Origin: Candidatus Parcubacteria bacterium
GTDB lineage: Bacteria > Patescibacteriota > Minisyncoccia > Phycocordibacterales > UBA918
Direction of reading: 5' to 3'
DNA length: 63,331 nt
Assembly (NCBI GenBank): GCA_046050355.1
Contig: JBJOPW010000006.1
Span: 1-63,331, forward strand
The notes under the pieces were generated by a model. It had not been told where the DNA came from, did no database searches, and saw nothing but the letters and a program-made list of their open reading frames with translations. Numbering within the stretch: position 1 is the first letter of the stretch; each line of letters begins with the position of its first letter. Position numbers and translations under genes: made by a program. Below, in pieces: positions 33,883-42,127 of the stretch.

Positions 33883-36800
33883 TTAGACTATTGAAGGTGT
33901 GGTCGAGATGGGGACGAGGGCTTTTACCCGATCGATGGCAATACTCGGTTCGTCATTCCGGATGGTGAGCTTGCCTTTGATAGCGACACACTGTCCGGGA
34001 ACAAAGAGATCTTTTTGCTCCAGGTAGGTAGAAGGGAAGGCGACCATCTCGATGGTGTCTGTCTGATCACCGAGCACGACAAACGCCATTTTGTCGCCTT
34101 TTTTCGTGATGAGTTCGCGGACACTCGTAATCATCCCGACCGTGACGAGCTCACCCTTGAAGCGCAGTACCGCAATCTCTTCTTTGTTACGTACAGCATT
34201 GAGAATGGTCCCGATACGTGGACGCTTTTCAACCTCAGCCGCGTAGTCATCAAGCGGGTGACCTGAAACATAGATGCCAAGCAGGTCTTTTTCCCAGATG
34301 AGCTTTTCGGCTTTAGTGGCTAGGGGTGCAGGGAGGAGGGAGAGGTTTGAGACACTGTTGCCACCAAGGCCAAAGAGGGAGTCCTGCGCACTTTCGGCGG
34401 TAGCGACCTGTTCACGGTTAAAGGCGAGCATCAGGTCGACGTTCGCAAGGAGGTGCCCCCGTTCGCCCATGCTATCAAAGGCACCCACCATGATGAGAGC
34501 TTCGAGTGATTTTTTGTTGAGGTTCCGGTTCTTCACGCGGATGAGGAAGTCCTGCAAGGAGGCGAAACGACCGTTCGTTTTGCGTTCTTCGATAATCGCT
34601 TCACTAATACCTTCACCGAAGTTTTTAATAGTTGTCAGCCCAAATCGAATTCGGCCGTTCTTCAAATTTTTCTCGGCGGTCTGCGGCGTTGCAGATTCCG
34701 CGTCTTGTTCACCGTATGCTCGATACGGCTCACTGCGGTGCTCATCTGCGCCTTGCATACCTTGCGAAAAATTCGAATTCAAAGCCGAATTAATAGTATG
34801 AAGCGGTACTACGGAGAAGTCGGCAAACGATTCATTAATATCGGGTGGCAGAACCTCGATACCCATACGTTCACACTCGTGGATACTTTCCGAAATCTTG
34901 TCGACATCGCCTGAGTCCGCAGTCAGTACCGCAGACATATATTCAACCGGATAGTTCGCCTTCATGTAGGCGGTTTGGTACGCCACGCGCCCATAGGAGG
35001 CGGCGTGCGCTTTGTTAAACCCGTACGCGGCAAATGGTTCGATGAGCAGCCAGAGTTTGTCGGCCACTTGCTGTGAAAGCTTGCCGTATTCGAGGAAGCC
35101 CTTCATGAGCTTGTCCTTTTCAGCGGCCATCACCTCAGGAATCTTTTTACCCATCGCCTTGCGGAGCATATCGGCTTCAAGCCAGCTGTAGCCAGCGAGC
35201 TCGCGCGCGACGGACATCACGTCGTCCTGATAGGTGATAACCCCATAACTACGCTCGAGAATACCCTTGAGACGGGGATCGAGATATGACACGAGAGCCG
35301 GATTATTTTTGCGCTCAATGTAGGTCGGGATCATTTCCATCGGTCCCGGGCGATAAAGGGCTACCATCGCGTTGATATCGTGGATGGTGGTTGGGCGGAG
35401 CTGCTTCAAGAACGCCGTCATGCCCGAACCGTTCAATTGGAAGAGTCCCATCGTCTGACCAGTAGCCAGGATCTCAAAGGTTTTTTTGTCATCAAGCGGA
35501 ATCGCTTCAATATCAATAGCAACGTTGTGGATCTTTTTCACTCGCTTTACCGCATCAGCCAGGATGGCGAGGTTTTTGATACCGAGAAAGTCGAACTTGA
35601 GGAGACCGACGCCGTCTTCACCCACGGACTTCATTTCGTACTGCGTCACATACTTACCGGTCTTTGGGTCGGGCTGAATTGGTACAAATTGATTAAGTGG
35701 GGCCGGCGCAATTACCACACCGGCCGCATGCACACCGAGATGGCGGACGCGACCTTCAATCTTCTGGGCGAGGTCAATCACTTCGCGTGCTTCGGCATCA
35801 GTCTTGTAGTGCTTTTGGAGATCAGGTTCGATCTCGAGCGCCTTCTTGATGGTCATTGGGAAGCCTTGACTACCCACCGGGATGAGCTTCGCAATCGTGT
35901 CTCCGACACTGTATGGGTGCCCGAGAGCGCGCGCCACGTCACGCACGGCCGCCCGCGCCATCATCGTTCCGAAGGTACCAATCTGCGCCACTTTGTCTTC
36001 ACCGTATTTGCTCTTCGCGTACTCAATAATTTCGTCACGCCGATTATCAGCGTAGTCCATATCGATATCAGGCGCCGATGGTCGTTCGGGGTTAAGGAAG
36101 CGTTCAAACGGGAGCTGGTACTCGAGCGGGTCTACGTTGGTAATCCCCAGTACGTAGGTCGTGAGAGAGCCCGCCACCGATCCTCGAATAGTGGTGAGGA
36201 TGCCGCGCTCTCGCGCTTCGCGGAGAAGGTCTCCTACAACGAGGAAGTACTTGGCGTACCCCTTGTTCTTGATGACCTCAAGTTCGTAATCAAGACGTGC
36301 TTTGACAGTTGGCTCAGTAGCGAGATTAAAGCCGCGCCACGCAGCCCCCGCATACGCACTATCATGGAGTTCGTCATCGGGATTTTTACCACTTGCAATT
36401 TGGTAGTCAGGGAAGTACCAGTGGGTTCCAATCTCGAGCTCAACCGTACACATCCGAGCTATTTTGATGGTGTTCTCAACCGCATCTGGCGTGTCTTTGA
36501 AACGTTCAATGATTTCGGCCTGGGTCAAGAACGAAAAGTTCTCTTCACCCTGACCATCGCCAGAGGTATCAACGACACCACCACTCTGGATTTTGACCAT
36601 GGTCTCGCGGGCGATGCGGTCTTCGGGGTGGAGGTAGTATACGTCGTGAGCAGCCACGAGCGGGGTATTGGTTGCTCTAGCGAGGGCAATGAGCTTCTCT
36701 TGCCACTTGTCATGCCCCACTATTTCGGGGTGGTGGGTGATTTCAAGGTAGCAGTCCGGACCAAAGACACCTTTGTACCAATCGAGACGCTCGGCGGCTT

Positions 36801-37281
36801 TGTCATCGTTTTCATTTTTGAATTGCTGCACCACTTCTCCGGCAAAGGAGGGGATGATACAGATAAGACCCTTGGCATAGGTACGGAGAAGTTCTTCGTC
36901 CATGCGGGCTTTGTAGTAGAAGCCTTCGAGGTTCGAGAGGGTGACGAGCTTGATGAGGTTCTGGTAGCCCTCGAAGGTTTTGGCGAGGAGCACCAGTCGC
37001 GAACGCGGCTTGTCGATCATCGCTTCTTTATCATGGCGAGTGCGCGGCGCGAGATAGGCGTCGATACCAATGATAGGCTTGATACCTTCTTTGGTGCAAG
37101 CTTTATAAAAATCGATAGCACCATAGAGAGCACCGGCGTCCGTGATGGCAAGCGCGTCTTGCCCATCTTCTTTGGCGGCTTTGGCGAGCTCCTTGGGGGT
37201 GGGGAGGGCATTGAGGAGGGAATAGTGCGAGTGCACGTGGAGATGGACAAACTGCGCAGACAGAGACTTCGGGTCAGACAT
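33883..37281 (-). CDS. dnaE: DNA polymerase III alpha subunit
   Basis: PHP domain HLHVHSHYSLL, polymerase core (DIDMDY, GLLKFDFLG, FNKAHAASY) and a C-terminal OB fold. ATG 37281 lies 6 nt after a minus-strand TATACT (37288-37293). The listed ORF extends to 37383. Confidence 0.95.
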   Translation of the reverse strand: MSDPKSLSAQFVHLHVHSHYSLLNALPTPKELAKAAKEDGQDALAITDAGALYGAIDFYKACTKEGIKPIIGIDAYLAPRTRHDKEAMIDKPRSRLVLLAKTFEGYQNLIKLVTLSNLEGFYYKARMDEELLRTYAKGLICIIPSFAGEVVQQFKNENDDKAAERLDWYKGVFGPDCYLEITHHPEIVGHDKWQEKLIALARATNTPLVAAHDVYYLHPEDRIARETMVKIQSGGVVDTSGDGQGEENFSFLTQAEIIERFKDTPDAVENTIKIARMCTVELEIGTHWYFPDYQIASGKNPDDELHDSAYAGAAWRGFNLATEPTVKARLDYELEVIKNKGYAKYFLVVGDLLREARERGILTTIRGSVAGSLTTYVLGITNVDPLEYQLPFERFLNPERPSAPDIDMDYADNRRDEIIEYAKSKYGEDKVAQIGTFGTMMARAAVRDVARALGHPYSVGDTIAKLIPVGSQGFPMTIKKALEIEPDLQKHYKTDAEAREVIDLAQKIEGRVRHLGVHAAGVVIAPAPLNQFVPIQPDPKTGKYVTQYEMKSVGEDGVGLLKFDFLGIKNLAILADAVKRVKKIHNVAIDIEAIPLDDKKTFEILATGQTMGLFQLNGSGMTAFLKQLRPTTIHDINAMVALYRPGPMEMIPTYIERKNNPALVSYLDPRLKGILERSYGVITYQDDVMSVARELAGYSWLEADMLRKAMGKKIPEVMAAEKDKLMKGFLEYGKLSQQVADKLWLLIEPFAAYGFNKAHAASYGRVAYQTAYMKANYPVEYMSAVLTADSGDVDKISESIHECERMGIEVLPPDINESFADFSVVPLHTINSALNSNFSQGMQGADEHRSEPYRAYGEQDAESATPQTAEKNLKNGRIRFGLTTIKNFGEGISEAIIEERKTNGRFASLQDFLIRVKNRNLNKKSLEALIMVGAFDSMGERGHLLANVDLMLAFNREQVATAESAQDSLFGLGGNSVSNLSLLPAPLATKAEKLIWEKDLLGIYVSGHPLDDYAAEVEKRPRIGTILNAVRNKEEIAVLRFKGELVTVGMITSVRELITKKGDKMAFVVLGDQTDTIEMVAFPSTYLEQKDLFVPGQCVAIKGKLTIRNDEPSIAIDRVKALVPISTTPSIV

Positions 37282-37465
37282 GAGGGTAGTATAGCAAAAA
37301 ATCGTGCTACAGTTATCTACATGCAAAAATGGTTGGTCGGTATCGATGAGGCTGGTGAGGAAAGCGGGGGACGCTTTTTGCAAGACCTTGCCAGTTCGTT
37401 TGCGAATACCTGGAGCAAACGAGCGACAAGGTGTACTGCTCCTGTAAGGAGGGGGTCCGAAAAAT

Positions 37466-38095
37466 ATGTCTAAAAATTTAAAATATATTGTCGGAATAGA
37501 TGAAGCCGGTAGAGGTCCATTGGCCGGTCCGGTGGGAGTTGGGATAGTGCTCGTACCTACAGATTTTGATTGGTCCTTGCTCCCTGGCGTGGGTGATAGT
37601 AAAAAAGTGAGCGAAAAGAATCGTGAGCGAATCTATATAGAGGCGATGAGACTCGCCAAAATTGGGAAGCTCTGGTGCACGGTTGAATTCGCCAGCGCTA
37701 AAGCGATTGATAAACAGGGGATTACGACCGTGATTCGTGCCTGTATTGATAAAGGTCTCAAAGACATGAGTTCGAGGCAAGACCTCGAACTGGATTGGGG
37801 AGAGGTGATGGTGAAGCTCGATGGGAGCCTCTGGGCACCGGACTACTGCGTTCACCAAGAGACGATTATCAAAGGGGATGCGAAAGAAAAGGCCATAGGA
37901 TTGGCGTCTATCTTGGCCAAAGTCACCCGTGATACCTATATGTGCCGGCTGGCAGAAAAACCAGCCTATATCTCGTATCAGTTCGCCAAGCATAAGGGCT
38001 ACGGTACGGCCCTCCATCGCCGATTAATAGCCCAAACTGGCCTTTCCCCAGAGCACCGCGCCAGCTATTGTAGAAAGATTGATATTGTGGTATAG
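37466..38095 (+). CDS. rnhB: ribonuclease HII
   Basis: VGIDEAGRGPLAGPV, GDSKKVS and HKGYGT motifs. Confidence 0.92.
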   Translation: MSKNLKYIVGIDEAGRGPLAGPVGVGIVLVPTDFDWSLLPGVGDSKKVSEKNRERIYIEAMRLAKIGKLWCTVEFASAKAIDKQGITTVIRACIDKGLKDMSSRQDLELDWGEVMVKLDGSLWAPDYCVHQETIIKGDAKEKAIGLASILAKVTRDTYMCRLAEKPAYISYQFAKHKGYGTALHRRLIAQTGLSPEHRASYCRKIDIVV

Positions 38096-38096
38096 T
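38088..38096 (+). promoter_or_regulatory. extended -10 element upstream of the 38169-38470 locus
   Basis: TGgTATAGT overlaps the rnhB stop codon. Confidence 0.45.
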
Positions 38097-38168
38097 ACTA
38101 GTCTGTCTGATCGACTAGACGTTCCCACTTCGATAACTCTGAATCTGCAGTAAGGAGAAACGGAAGAT

Positions 38169-38470
38169 GGGGGACCAGACTGGTTCGAAGAAGACCAATA
38201 AAGTGACGGCCTGTACGAAATGCCACGGCCTCCACGAAGGCATGTGTCGGTGGGGTGGTGATGTCGAAAACCCCCCAGCAACAGGCCAGCAGTGCGAGTT
38301 CCGGGAAGCGGCTGCAATGAGTGCGGTCATGGCTTCGATGGTAGCGCGCGACAGGCTTTGCTACTGGCCGCGACAAGCTGAAGCGGCGTAACATCGCCGC
38401 AAACATGAGGGTGTAGTCCTGCGCAGGACGCCCTTCACTTGGTCGACCCCCCGGTCGGCCTTTTCCTTTG
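38169..38470 (+). ncRNA. tmRNA-like RNA (ssrA candidate); alternatively the mRNA of a 74-aa ORF (38167..38391)
   Basis: Evidence for tmRNA. The 5' sequence GGGGGAC-CAGACUGG-UUCGAAG resembles the tmRNA 5' end. Long-range pairing GACC..AAGUGA (38193-38206) with UCACUUGGUC (38435-38444) looks like helix P2. The reading frame ends ...QAEAA-UAA, with the stop codon in the loop of hairpin GCGGCG-UAACAU-CGCCGC (38383-38400). Evidence against. I found no canonical T-arm or 3' acceptor-CCA. AAGGAG (38152-38157) plus ATG 38167, an extended -10 box (38088-38096) and a terminator (38444-38470) also fit a small protein gene. Confidence 0.4.
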
Positions 38471-38476
38471 CTTCAG

Positions 38477-38576
38477 CCCGTTAGAAGTCCCCTAAGCCAT
38501 TGTGTATTACGTAGTAGTTTTAGTGGTTGTTTTTGTGTAGTTCTCAAGCTATTTCTCTCGAGGGACTTCTAACGGG
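38477..38576. repeat. inverted-repeat pair of the CCGTTAGA/TCTAACGG family upstream of rpmF
   Basis: CCCGTTAGAAGTCCC (38477-38491) and GGGACTTCTAACGGG (38562-38576) form a perfect 15-bp pair enclosing 70 nt. The right arm abuts TTGAAC/TTGCAA of the rpmF promoter. Confidence 0.8.
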
Positions 38577-38582
38577 TTGAAC

Positions 38583-38610
38583 TTGCAATTTTCAAGAGAT
38601 TTGCTATAGT
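38583..38610 (+). promoter_or_regulatory. promoter of rpmF
   Basis: TTGCAA, 16 nt, then TATAGT, with ATG 10 nt downstream. Confidence 0.55.
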
Positions 38611-38620
38611 TGCGGGCACT

Positions 38621-38887
38621 ATGGTAGTACGAATGCGACATACGCGGTCTCACACCGCCAACCGACGCTCTCATCACGCTCTTAAGAGCCCGGAGATGGC
38701 TGTCTGCAAAAACTGTGGCGCGATGCACCGTCCACATCACATGTGTTTGGCATGTGGCTTTTATAACGGTCGTATCGTGATTGATATGAAGGCTAAGGCT
38801 GAAGCCCGTGCTGCTCGTATGACCGCGAAGCGCGAAGCGATTCGCGCCGAAGCTGGTCTCCCGGCGGAAGCAGAAGCCACCAAGTAA
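38621..38887 (+). CDS. rpmF: 50S ribosomal protein L32 with Ala/Glu-rich C-terminal extension
   Basis: RHTRSHTANRRSHHAL and zinc-ribbon CKNCG...CLACG. ATG lies 10 nt after TATAGT (38605-38610). Confidence 0.9.
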   Translation: MVVRMRHTRSHTANRRSHHALKSPEMAVCKNCGAMHRPHHMCLACGFYNGRIVIDMKAKAEARAARMTAKREAIRAEAGLPAEAEATK

Positions 38888-38896
38888 TCCTCTTCA

Positions 38897-38928
38897 CACA
38901 AAGTCCCGCTCTGAAGCGGGACTTTGTG
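38897..38928 (+). terminator. hairpin after rpmF
   Basis: CACAAAGTCCCGC-TCTGAA-GCGGGACTTTGTG. No clear U tract follows. Confidence 0.5.
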
Positions 38929-38996
38929 GATTAATCACAAAGTGACGCCTCCTGTGAGGCTATACTGATGAGCAGTAGTAGTTTAGTACATTTTTT

Positions 38997-39899
38997 ATGG
39001 CAAATCGGCACCTTTCACGCAGTATCGTTCTTCAAACCATGTTTGAGTGGGATTTAAACGCAATTGATCGTAAGGAGATCGTAACCGTTTTAGACAGAAA
39101 CATTGAAGAATTTGCGCCGAATAAAACTGATCGGCCATTTATGGAAAAACTCCTTGATGGGATTTTGGGCAAGCAGTCTGAGCTTGACCTTGTTATAGAA
39201 AAAGCCGCTCCCGAGTGGCCCATTGATCGCATCTCACCAGTGGATCGAAATATTCTCCGACTGGGACTCTTTGAGCTCTTGTTTGCTGACCGGGCTGAGG
39301 TCCCCGCTAAGGTGGCGATCAATGAAGCGATTGAACTCGCGAAGCAGTTCGGTGGAGAAAATAGTAGCCGGTTTGTCAACGGTGTCTTAGGTGCGGTCTA
39401 CAAAGAGATTGGCGAACCGGGCAAAGAAGAGATTGGAAAGAAAAAGAAGAAGGACATTCCATTCCACGAAATGCCGATTGAACGCTTGGCTGGTGCGGTT
39501 GTCTATGCTGAGGACGGCGGACAAATGTACTTTGCCCTAGTGCACGATATCTTTGGACACTGGACACTCTCAAAGGGTAAGATTGAAGAAGGTGAAGAAC
39601 TTGAGGTTGGTGCTATACGCGCATTAAAGTCCGAACTAGGACTTGATGTGACAATAGAGTCACCGCTCGGTATGAATGAATATGTGGCCAGTCACCCAGA
39701 GAAGGGTAAGGTGCGCAAGCAGGTGAACTACTTCCTCGCTGCTTCGCCATATACTGAGATTGTGCTCGAGCAGAAAGGTGGTCTTGATGATGGTCGCTGG
39801 TTTAAGGTGGCGGATATTCTCGATCTTAATTTTTACGAAGATATTTTGCCGATTGTGACCAAAGCAGTCACCATGCTCGTCGGCCGCCGCTCACGCTAG
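38997..39899 (+). CDS. nusB: NusB antitermination factor fused to a C-terminal Nudix hydrolase domain
   Basis: The NusB part has DRNILRLGLFELLF, VAINEAIELAKQFGG and RFVNGVLGAV. A KKKKKD linker follows. The Nudix box is GKIEEGEELEVGAIRALKSELGL at 39576-39644. Confidence 0.85.
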   Translation: MANRHLSRSIVLQTMFEWDLNAIDRKEIVTVLDRNIEEFAPNKTDRPFMEKLLDGILGKQSELDLVIEKAAPEWPIDRISPVDRNILRLGLFELLFADRAEVPAKVAINEAIELAKQFGGENSSRFVNGVLGAVYKEIGEPGKEEIGKKKKKDIPFHEMPIERLAGAVVYAEDGGQMYFALVHDIFGHWTLSKGKIEEGEELEVGAIRALKSELGLDVTIESPLGMNEYVASHPEKGKVRKQVNYFLAASPYTEIVLEQKGGLDDGRWFKVADILDLNFYEDILPIVTKAVTMLVGRRSR

Positions 39900-40022
39900 A
39901 ACTTGATTTTCTAACCCCATAGACTTTGTTGTCATCGTCCTTCAACCATTCAATGTATACCAACATACACCTCAGGGTCTCAGTCCTCGACGCCTCGTCT
40001 CTGAGGTCATTAATCAAGTTCT
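39898..40022 (+). repeat. stem-closed intergenic module, copy B (after nusB-nudix)
   Basis: The closing inverted repeat is AGAACTTGATT/AATCAAGTTCT (11 bp, overlaps the TAG stop). CTAACCCCAT is followed by block 1 ACTTTGTTGTCATCG, then block 2 TCCTCGACGCCTCGTCTCTGAGGTC. Confidence 0.75.
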
Positions 40023-40088
40023 CATGTTGCAAAAGAGTGCTCGTTTTTCAAAAACCACAGGATACGCTATATTAGAAGATACTCATTT

Positions 40089-40805
40089 ATGGAAACACGA
40101 AACATTACGGATGATCTACAAGCACTCGAGAAAATCCTCGACGTGACCTTTACTGATTCTTTACTCCTTCTTACTGCTATCACTCATCGCTCATATCTCA
40201 ATGAACACCGCGAGGCACAACAAGACCACAACGAACGGCTCGAATTTTTAGGGGATGCCGTACTCGAACTCATTGTGACCGACTATCTTTTCCGTACCTA
40301 TGGCGACAAACCGGAAGGTGAATTAACGGCTATCCGAGCAGCGCTTGTGAACACGATATCTCTTTCGGCTGCTTCAGAGAAACTTGGCGTAAATAAGTAT
40401 CTCCTCATGTCCAAGGGTGAAGCTAAAGACGAAGGGCGAGCACGGCAGTACATCCTCGCCAATGTCTTTGAGGCATTTATTGGCGCAATGTATCTCGATC
40501 AGGGATACGAAGTGGCAAAAGCATTTGTGGCCAAACACTTATTTCCTAAAACTGATGAGATTGTCCGCAGACGCCTCTGGCAAGATCCAAAAAGCCGGTT
40601 TCAAGAATTAGCACAAGAATACGCGTCGATTACCCCGACCTATAACCTCCTTGGACAAGAAGGTCCAGACCATGACCGCATTTTTACTATTGGGGTATAC
40701 CTGCGACATGAGTTGGTAGCAGAAGGAAAGGGACGCTCCAAACAAGAAGCTGAACAGCAAGCCGCCGAACGTGGCATTGCCGCCAAAGGCTGGGAACTGT
40801 CCTAA
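40089..40805 (+). CDS. rnc: ribonuclease III
   Basis: NERLEFLGDAVLELIV signature, EAFIGAMYLD, and a C-terminal dsRBD (GPDHDRIFTIGV...GKGRSKQEAEQQAA). Confidence 0.93.
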   Translation: METRNITDDLQALEKILDVTFTDSLLLLTAITHRSYLNEHREAQQDHNERLEFLGDAVLELIVTDYLFRTYGDKPEGELTAIRAALVNTISLSAASEKLGVNKYLLMSKGEAKDEGRARQYILANVFEAFIGAMYLDQGYEVAKAFVAKHLFPKTDEIVRRRLWQDPKSRFQELAQEYASITPTYNLLGQEGPDHDRIFTIGVYLRHELVAEGKGRSKQEAEQQAAERGIAAKGWELS

Positions 40806-40896
40806 TCGAGCAAAGACGCATCGCCAGTGTTGTGTCCACACGGCAGGAATGGCAAGTGTGACTATGAACTTTTGCGACGTGGTACACTTACTTGAC

Positions 40897-41568
40897 ATGA
40901 GTCGATCGAACCAGAATGGTTTTTCATTAATTGAACTGATGGTGGCGATTACCATTATTGGTATTTTGGCTTCAATTATATACGCTAATGTTGGTGGTGG
41001 AAACGCCAAAGCTCGAGATACAGAACGACAGAATGATTTGCGTATCATACAAGCGGCACTGGCTCAGTATAAACAAGAGAACGGACGCTATCCAACCATG
41101 GGGACTGATAGCAACAGTGATGGTTTCTCGAGTGAGTCTGAATCAGCAACGTATATTAATGGATTATCGCCAACGTATATACAGCGCCTACCGACAGATC
41201 CACGACGAGGTAGTAATCCAGGTTATTCGTATGCCGTTGATAGCACCGGCAGTGTCTATAAACTCATGGCCTTACGAACGGTTGAGACAGAGATTATTAC
41301 TCATGATCACGCTTTTAAGAGTTGTGATATCCGGGTAGGGAACGTGAGCGGGTCTCTCGTGAGTGGTTCTACCGACCGTGAAGTGATTGGTTGGTGTGGA
41401 CGAACTATTCAGGCAGGAAATGGTCTGCCGGCCTCGTGTAATGCAGCCCAAGCACCGTTTAATAATTCGTATGGCGTTTGGGGTGGTTTTTTACCAAAAA
41501 TATCTGCTTCTTGTCTCAACAGTAATACTAACTGTGTGCAGGATACAACTGCTATAATCTGTTTATAA
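40897..41568 (+). CDS. type IV pilin-like protein (prepilin N-terminal cleavage/methylation motif)
   Basis: MSRSNQNG/FSLIELMVAITIIGILASI has Gly at -1, Phe at +1 and Glu at +5. The listed ORF start 40771 overlaps rnc, so ATG 40897 is preferred. Confidence 0.8.
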   Translation: MSRSNQNGFSLIELMVAITIIGILASIIYANVGGGNAKARDTERQNDLRIIQAALAQYKQENGRYPTMGTDSNSDGFSSESESATYINGLSPTYIQRLPTDPRRGSNPGYSYAVDSTGSVYKLMALRTVETEIITHDHAFKSCDIRVGNVSGSLVSGSTDREVIGWCGRTIQAGNGLPASCNAAQAPFNNSYGVWGGFLPKISASCLNSNTNCVQDTTAIICL

Positions 41569-41575
41569 ATAGTAT

Positions 41576-42118
41576 ATGCAAAAATTTTCTGCCCACTTTG
41601 GATTTACGCTGGTTGAATTGATGGTAGTAGTCTCAGTCATTGGTATTTTATCAAGCATTGTGTATGCGAATTTTGGTGGAGCGCGGGCAGGAGCTCGTGA
41701 TGATGTACGGAAATCAGCGCTAAAAGAAATGCAACTAGCGATAGAGCTCTATAAAGCTCAATATGGAAACTACCCACCATCGGGGTGTAGTGCCGGAGCT
41801 GGGGTTTGGACTGGGCCAGGCCCGACCGGATCCTTCCCAAATGCGGTAACCTGCGATATGTATATCGCTGGTTTGATGCCTGATTTTATCGCACAGCTAC
41901 CTACTGATCCAACCAGAGAGAACGAGCTAGGAATCGGTTACTATTACCAGTCTGACGGCGTTAGTTACAAGCTCCTCTCCAATGCGATAGAGCAAAAAAT
42001 GGTGACTAGTTACAGCGATGATTATGCTCGCTGTCCGGGACAAGGAGGAAGTTGTCCAGCTGCCACACCACCAACAGCCGTGTATGCAGTGTATGCCAGT
42101 GGCGCGGCACAGTGGTAA
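41576..42118 (+). CDS. type IV pilin-like protein
   Basis: MQKFSAHFG/FTLVELMVVVSVIGILSSI prepilin motif. LPTDP is shared with the preceding pilin. Confidence 0.8.
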   Translation: MQKFSAHFGFTLVELMVVVSVIGILSSIVYANFGGARAGARDDVRKSALKEMQLAIELYKAQYGNYPPSGCSAGAGVWTGPGPTGSFPNAVTCDMYIAGLMPDFIAQLPTDPTRENELGIGYYYQSDGVSYKLLSNAIEQKMVTSYSDDYARCPGQGGSCPAATPPTAVYAVYASGAAQW

Positions 42119-42127
42119 CAGGTTGTT

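Noticed and set aside
35380-37473. A 697-aa ORF on the + strand.
   Set aside because: It lies entirely antisense to dnaE, whose product has unmistakable PHP and polymerase motifs. The + strand product has no motifs and an Arg/Val/Gly-skewed composition typical of a shadow ORF.
38100-38560. RNase P RNA or SRP (4.5S) RNA in the ORF-poor region between rnhB and rpmF.
   Set aside because: I could not find the near-universal RNase P P4 sequences (GAGGAAAGUCC / ACAGAA.CC). I also could not find the SRP domain IV consensus (GUCC-GGAA-GGAAGCAGC). The nearest lookalike, GUUCC-GGGA-AGCGGCUGC, does not form the required symmetric or asymmetric loops.
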